A DNA stretch of 64,000 nt from the human T2T-CHM13v2.0 reference genome, Homo sapiens. The notes beneath the pieces were generated by a model that made no database searches, was not told the DNA's origin, and was given only the letters and a program-made list of their open reading frames with translations. The position numbers and the translations under genes were made by a program. Location of the stretch: NCBI RefSeq assembly GCF_009914755.1, contig NC_060930.1; one strand, written 5' to 3'. Each line of letters begins with the position of its first letter. Position 1 is the first letter of the stretch. Shown piece after piece: positions 1-64,000 of this stretch.

Positions 1-483
1 CTGAAACAGACTTAATCATATGTGCCACAGAGTTTCTACATCAACAAGAACTTGGAGCACCTTGATATTAAACCCAATGTCTTCCTCCAAAATTACACTC
101 ACTCAACATTCCCATTCTCATCAATGCTATATGTCATATTTCATGGATCTAGGATAACATCATTCATAAGATGCACCATTGTCTTATGCTGTACATTCTG
201 ATTGGCACCTAGCCAAGAGCAATAATAGTAAGACACCATTGATTGTAAAACACTTCAATTTCAGGCATGTTCAATGTGAAAAAAATACACATCCTCGAAT
301 GAATTTGAGATGCCTCCATAAATCTAGAATTGAGACATTTATTCTCAAATTTGATTGTCAAAAGTAATAACTGTGACTTTGTATATAAATTATCAAATTA
401 TTGTTAGCATCACATGAAATAAATTCTAATGAACATTATGCTCACAGCAATAAGAAGGGAAATAAAACTAAGCAGTAGCTTAC

Positions 484-57943
<57,460 letters not shown>

Positions 57944-57958
57944 CCTTGGCCTCCGAGC

Positions 57959-57970
57959 TTACAGCGGCAT
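57959..57970 (-). promoter_or_regulatory. Minimal uORF ATG-CCG-CTG-TAA in the 5' UTR
   Basis: Only upstream ATG in the spliced 5' UTR; in frame with the main ATG and stops 15 nt before it. Confidence 0.8.
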
Positions 57971-59932
57971 GAAGAGATCTGCGGGAGGAAGTAGTGACTG
58001 CATCAGAACTGGGTCTGGGCAGGCCTTGAACCAGGTTAGAACTGGAGCCTGGACCTAGTCCAGAACCCGACCAGATCTGCCTTAAAAACCACAGGGCCTA
58101 CTCCAGCACATAATGGGCCTATTGTGAAGCAGTGGAAGTCAAGTTCGTCTACAGAAGTTTAATCATGGCCCTAGGAGGAAGTTCAAGTTTAAAAAGGGTC
58201 CTGTTCTCCTGGAGACTGGTCCTGCTTAGCATCCCGGGTGAAGGCCTTTACCAGCCCTCACATGACTTCATCCTGCCTGGGTAATGGCTAATTCAGAGGT
58301 CATTTTATCCCTCACTCAACTAAATATCTCTTCCAGCTGGGGATTTTATTTGACTGCTTTTTCCTAGCTGATGAACTCTTTAGGTAACTGTACTTTAGTG
58401 GTCTCAGGGTAATTTGGAAAAGTATAATAAACCTTTTTAATTCTCTTTTTTCTTCATTTTGTTCTGCTTTCAAATATGCAGCTCTTTAAGATCTGAAATG
58501 GATTATACAGAAATATGTAAGGCCCAGCTGAAACCTGACCCTCCTGCTAACTGTGTTGTTTTCACATCCGATAAATCCTTTACCTGAGATGAGGGAAAAA
58601 CAACTCCAAAATACATAATAACAAATAAGGCAGCAAAATGGAAGAAGCAAGACACCCTTGTCTGTTTTTCCAACGTGTTTTTAAATAAAAATTATCAATA
58701 ATAATCTTTGTATTTAACTGTTTATTTAAGCTGGAAGATTATTAGTATACATACCCCAGAGGAGAATATGTTCTGTTCCGATTTTTTCTAATTTTGTAAT
58801 TACATTATGAATTCCTTAAAGACAAAGAATCTTATTCATCTTTGTGGTTTCCCAGCACACAGTAGGTACTTAACCCATGTCTACAGAATGGAATCTCCTA
58901 AAATAGTCTAGGGTTCAACCCAAAGACAAAAGCTACTAGCAAGGAACTGAACTGGGAAGTTGCCAGTGGCAAAACATAAAAAGAGTTGACTCTGAAGTAC
59001 ATAAATTATTGTAAGCCAACAGCCTAGGCCTCAGGAAAAATGGAGGGGGATAGGAGACTGTCCTGCGTCGGAATGCAAAAATGAGCCAAAGGTCGAGGCC
59101 TCTTTGAGAAAAGAAACTGACAATCTCCAACGATGACTTTCCAAATTATTGGCACAAAGCATGAGGGCAGCTTTCCTCAGCCTGTGTGTAAATTGCATTT
59201 TAAATGTCTGATGAGCAGGCGTGCCAAATTGCCTGGAGCTCCTTTTTATGAAGCCAAGATTAAAATTTTGGCACTGCCCTAAGTATCTAAGGGGTCTAGC
59301 AATTTCTTTCTTCCTAATTAACAACTGTTTGACATTTCTAACCCTCTTCTACATCAGTGAAAAGCAAGAGGTGAGACTGGCCCATTGTTCCAATCATCTT
59401 GCCTTAACTTTGGTATAATAATTTCCAACTCAGTTGGCAGTCGTGCTCGCGAGAAGTTAAAGGCGAACAATCGACCCACCGAAAAGCTGTGCGCAGATTT
59501 TTTTTTAACAGCTGAACTCAACGAAAACCTGAGTGGTAACACTTTTGCTGGGTCTCGATCGCCACCTGTCGCTTTCCCGACTTAGCTGCAAGAATGAATC
59601 ATCTCGCGCCGGGATATCGGAACGCCAGCCAGCCAAGCATCCCGTCAATATATGTTTTAAAAAAGAAAACGCTTTCTCTCCTTTTTAGCCAAAACATTCA
59701 TTTGAATGCTTAGCAACACTTCATTGAGCATTCTCAGACATAAATATCTGAAAGCGGCCACCCCTACGTGGCAGCGAGGACTCCCTCACTTCACCCTCAT
59801 GAATAAAAATGAGTCCACTGGGGTGGGAGTGGGGGCTAAGTGGACTCGTCCCCTTCTGCCAACTCGCCCCCTCCCAATTCCCTGCTGGAAGAACCCAATT
59901 CCTTAACTCCCGCGTCCAGTTAAAAAGAAAAT

Positions 59933-59950
59933 CACACACACACACACACA
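59933..59950. repeat. (CA)9 microsatellite in intron 1
   Basis: Read directly; followed by CGCGTGCGCG. Confidence 0.9.
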
Positions 59951-60926
59951 CCGCGTGCGCGTCGCCTACCTCCTCTCCCACCCACCACGACCTTGGCATT
60001 AGCCAAAGGAGAGCTTAGCGTTTATTTCCTTTCCTGCCCTATCCTTCCCCAGCATTCACTAGAAGACTACAGAGTCCGGATCGAGAGTCTCCCTGGCCCA
60101 GAGTCCCAGGGAGCCCTGAACTGGTCACTGAAGGGCTCCCGAGGTCGCCCGCTTGGGGGTACCTGTTCCGCTCGCTGAACGAGTCCGGCGACCCACGCTT
60201 TCTGATCCCCACAAGTCTAGGATCTGAGTGGGAAACCGCCGCGGAGATCTCACAGACCCCGAATAGGGCCTCCACCAATGCACCGGGAGGGAGTCGGAGA
60301 GGGGACTTTCTCCCGGAGCTGGGAAAAGTCCGCCAAGAATGAGTACCCTAGTGCTGCCTAACCCACCATCTCGGATGCTCTGAAAGGTAGGGGAGGAAGG
60401 AGCCAGAACACTCCACTAGGAATCTGTTACGAGATGCCACACACACCCGTGCAGCCTCGACGAGCTGCAGAGCACTCAGCGGGCCCTCCAAAGAATTCCG
60501 CACCGTGCGTCACCAAAATACCTTCCCAGCGCCCCCGCCGCACGCCTGCCCTCCCCGACAAAGCCACAGCCGCGAGATAACCAGGGCCCTGCTGCCCCAG
60601 AACCCGGCGCGCCCTCCATTGAAATCGACAGCATCTACAGATGAAACTCCTCTAGAAACGGAAACACTGAACGGGATGCTTTGCGTGCACAAAACCTTGC
60701 TCAGCTCTTAAGAAAAGCAACATTCCCCTCTCCCTCAAAAACCCCAAAGAATCACCAAATCCCAGTATACAAGGCAACGCTCTAGCCCATCTACACTATT
60801 ACAAGTCCAAACTGTCCTCGCCCAGGATTCTTCACCGCTCCGGGCAAGGTGCAAGCTAGACGCCGTTTCCCGAGTTGTCTCTGGGAATGATGGGGGTAGG
60901 GGAAAGGGGACAGAAACCAGGCTGAC

Positions 60927-61203
60927 CTGAGGCGGCGGCAACAGGGAGAGGTAGCGGCGGCGACAGCGGCTTCCCGGCGTCGGAGAAGCTGGTGCTCGGT
61001 GTGGCCCCCACACGCCCCGGCGATAGGCGCTGCACTCCAGGAGCACCTGGCGGCCGCCGAGGCGTGGGCAGCTGCGGGGAAGTCCAGGAGGAGGAGGAGA
61101 ATCCCAGGAGGAGAGGCGGGCGCGGCAGGAAGACTGGAGATGGCCTGAGCCTGCAGCTGCCGGCGCGCGGACGCGTCTGGGGCGGTTCGCCTTAGCCAAG
61201 TGG
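60927..61203 (-). other. COL12A1: COL12A1 exon 1 (non-coding 5' UTR); 5' end approximate
   Basis: Donor CAG|GTCAGC at 60927/60926; GC-rich with no ATG; lies ~30 nt downstream of TATTAA, with Inr-like CCACTT at ~61203-61198. Confidence 0.85.
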
Positions 61204-61510
61204 AAAGAGACTCCGCGCCGCGGGCTACTTAATAGAGGGCTGTTCCCAGCTCTCAGTTTACTCGGTTACGAAACGCCTGAGAAGGTGGACGGCTGCCACG
61301 GGGTGATGTATGCTCCTCCGGCGGTGAAGGAGGTCTACTTTTGGGAACGTGTGCATACTTCGAGCATTCCTTCGGCGTGAGGTGGCGATCGCCGTAGTAG
61401 CAGTGCCCCGCTGGGGGGCGGGGAGAAGGGAGGGAGCGTAGAGGGGGACAGCCGCAGCCGGGTTCCCTGCCAAGGGAAGCCGCGTACTCCGCCACTTGGG
61501 GCGGACTGGG
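61195..61510 (-). promoter_or_regulatory. COL12A1 core/proximal promoter
   Basis: TATTAA (minus strand) at 61229-61234; GC box GGGGCGGGG 61415-61423; MCAT-like GCATTCCT 61364-61371; inside the CpG island. Confidence 0.8.
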
Positions 61511-63272
61511 ATTTCTTTAATGAAGCTCGGGTTTCCCTATCCCTGAGATTTCTTTAATGAATTTTTCTACATTAAGAACAATGGGGAGGGGACCGACTCC
61601 CATTTTCGGAAATGCAAGGATGCGTAACCCATTCACCCCCGCTCCTGCGGATCTCCATCCTTCATCTGATATCACCACCTCCATCTTCCTCCCCCTCTGT
61701 CCTGGGTGCACTTAAAACCGATTTACAGGATTTCCATTAACTAACTGTCTGTACACGCGGCGCGCCTTCTGTCTTTTTCAATCTCCAAGCGCGATTGGAA
61801 ACCCGGACAGCCGCCCGCGCGGGGCTCAGTGATGGGATGGCTTTCCCAGTCCTTTCTCACTCCCCTGGTGCTTCAGGACGGAACTGGGAGGCTTAAGTTG
61901 AGCCAAAAGAGAGGGAGAGGAAACCTATGAAACCCAGGAGTTCTCAGAATAGGAAGCCGCTCAGTAACAAGTTGCATCCACTGCAGAAACTTCTCACCCG
62001 GACCAGAGCAAAACCTGGCCCCGAGCGGAGGCTTCGGACTGAAAGCTCTGCCCTTAAAACCTCGCGGAGCCAAAGGGGCGAAGAGGAGTAAGTTTGAAAC
62101 CCCAAAGCACCCCTCCACACACAGTACTGGAGAAGCCAAATAGGGGGCTGATATTCTACCAACAACGTCGCCTCTTCTTACAGCCCCCTCCATCCTGGCA
62201 TCCTACCCCTTGTTCCTGGGCAGGGAGTCTGGTACTCAGGGTTGCCAGATTGTACAAGGCGCACGGGAGGAAGCTTCGAGCGCTCACACCAAGAAATCAG
62301 AAAAATGCTACTGGAGAGATTCTGATTATAACGTCTGACCTCAGTATAGGCCCTGCACCGTTTTGGCCTCTTGAAGCCCAAAGGTTACTCCTGTAACGCT
62401 GGGGGAGCGTTGAACAACAAAGGACCGGGGTGGGGCGCAAGGGAACAGAGGAGCTGCTTCTCTGGAACTAACCGCCCGCCATAGTAGAATCGGAGGGCAT
62501 GTTCCCAATGTAAATCTCTCTTCCCCGTTGGCTCTGACGTCTGCAAATTTGGCCTTCCCTCTCCACTAGGCGTGATAGCCTCCAAACTTGCCTTTCGAAT
62601 GACAAGAACTTGTAGGGCGCTCCCCTTTCTGCACATCTCCCCACACACAGGCTGCCTCCAGCAGAAGCCGGCGAAAGCAAGAGAGAAGACAAGAGGGAGA
62701 CAATGAAGACAAATAGGAATCGCCGCCTCTGCACATTCCCCAACCACACAGCCCACTCGAAGTCCAGCTGGGCAGCTCGCACAAAGAGCCTACACAGTAC
62801 ACAAGATTTTCCCCCTTCAAATCCTCACAACCAGAGTGTCTGACAAACCCCTAGTGAGTGAGCGCGTCCCAGGGATGAAACACCCGACCTTCTCAACGTT
62901 GCGCCCAATCAGGCTTGCAGCCACATTGCCCTGGTATCACTGAGCCCCGAATTTGTCGACAGCTGGCGTCTGCACCCAAGCTAACCCTTCACTCGCCTCC
63001 CCACCCAACACACAAAGAGCAGGGAGCCCAGTCCAACCAGGCTTGCAGACCGCGCGTGGACTGGTGGCAGCCTCAAAGACCGAGCCCGAGAACAGAGAAG
63101 TCCCTCAGGCCGCCAAGCGGGCACCCAGTAGGGCTGCGCCCTTGGCCTGCTCCGCTGCCTGAAACGGCCAGGGAAGCCCCCGGACAACGACACCCCGTCC
63201 AGAAAGGGAAAAGGAAAACTGCTACTTTGCACGCCAGCCCAAGCTGGCTGGTGTTTGTATTTCGGCCCAGAT

Positions 63273-63409
<137 letters not shown>

Positions 63410-64000
63410 TGGCGGAGTTGTTGACTGAGGAGCATGTAACACTGAATGTTGATTTGTTGTTGTTGTTTAAAAGAGAGAACTCTTGTTGATTTGGCTCCGA
63501 GCTGCCAATGCATCTATCAACCCCGGAGTTGAGCAGTCACCCTCCGGGGATCCAAAGACAGTCACGGGCTTCCCTTTCCTGCGGCTGGAGGCCGCAGACT
63601 GGGTGGAAGAGGCATCTGTCCCCAAGGGCGTGCACATTGCCCTCTCCAGCCAAGAGCAGCGTGCTGGGGACCCTCGTGGGCATCTTCTCTTGCTGAGGCA
63701 TTCTTGTTCACATACTTAGATTTAACGTATCTGAAAATAGTTGCTGCAAAGGAGTGTAGGTAACACAAACCACCACCTGCAAACTTCCTTTCTAGCTCAA
63801 CAAAAAGGATCCTTAGGCAAAACTTCCAGAGTAGGATGAGAGGAACAGGAAGGAGAGGACTCCCGGGTTGGGGACTACACAGACTCCTCCAGAAACTAAT
63901 TCAAGTACACTCATTCCCCGGGGACACGAGTGTAATTCAAATGTGTACAAAGAGGCAATCCGGGGACCTCCCAGCATGACGTTGGCATTTTGGTCCCCTG

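Larger units (their letters stand above)
59440..63270. promoter_or_regulatory. CpG-rich region spanning the promoter, exon 1 and the 5' part of intron 1
   Basis: High GC and dense unmutated CpG against an AT-rich background; edges estimated by eye. Confidence 0.8.

Noticed and set aside
60735-61199. 154-aa ORF over exon 1 (stays open when spliced to exons 2-3, overlapping the CDS out of frame)
   Set aside because: It starts at a TTG at the cap site and has no ATG; few stops are expected in GC-rich sequence. Would need Ribo-seq support.

Overview
Human (primate) genomic DNA holding the 5' part of COL12A1 (collagen XII alpha 1) on the minus strand. It contains the CpG-island promoter (TSS ~61201), non-coding exon 1 and coding exons 2-25. 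I traced every splice junction to GT/AG, and the exons join into one open frame of 4690 nt: signal peptide, FN3, vWA1, FN3, vWA2, six FN3, vWA3, two FN3. The gene continues beyond position 1. Introns carry a typical primate repeat set: Alu, L1PA/L1M, THE1 and MLT1A LTRs, MER2/MER6/MER8/MER20/MER33/MER85 DNA elements and MIRs. Repeat subfamilies were called from recalled consensus sequences, not from a search. I found no new gene or new biological system. The best leads are regulatory or structural: a 3-codon uORF in exon 2, a MER85 copy that has gained a TEAD motif, a triple AP-1 cluster in intron 2, RFX X-boxes in intron 13, inverted Alus around exon 13, a G4/YCAY minisatellite, twin L1s truncated at nearly the same point, a perfect 51-bp duplication and an AT-rich nested palindrome.
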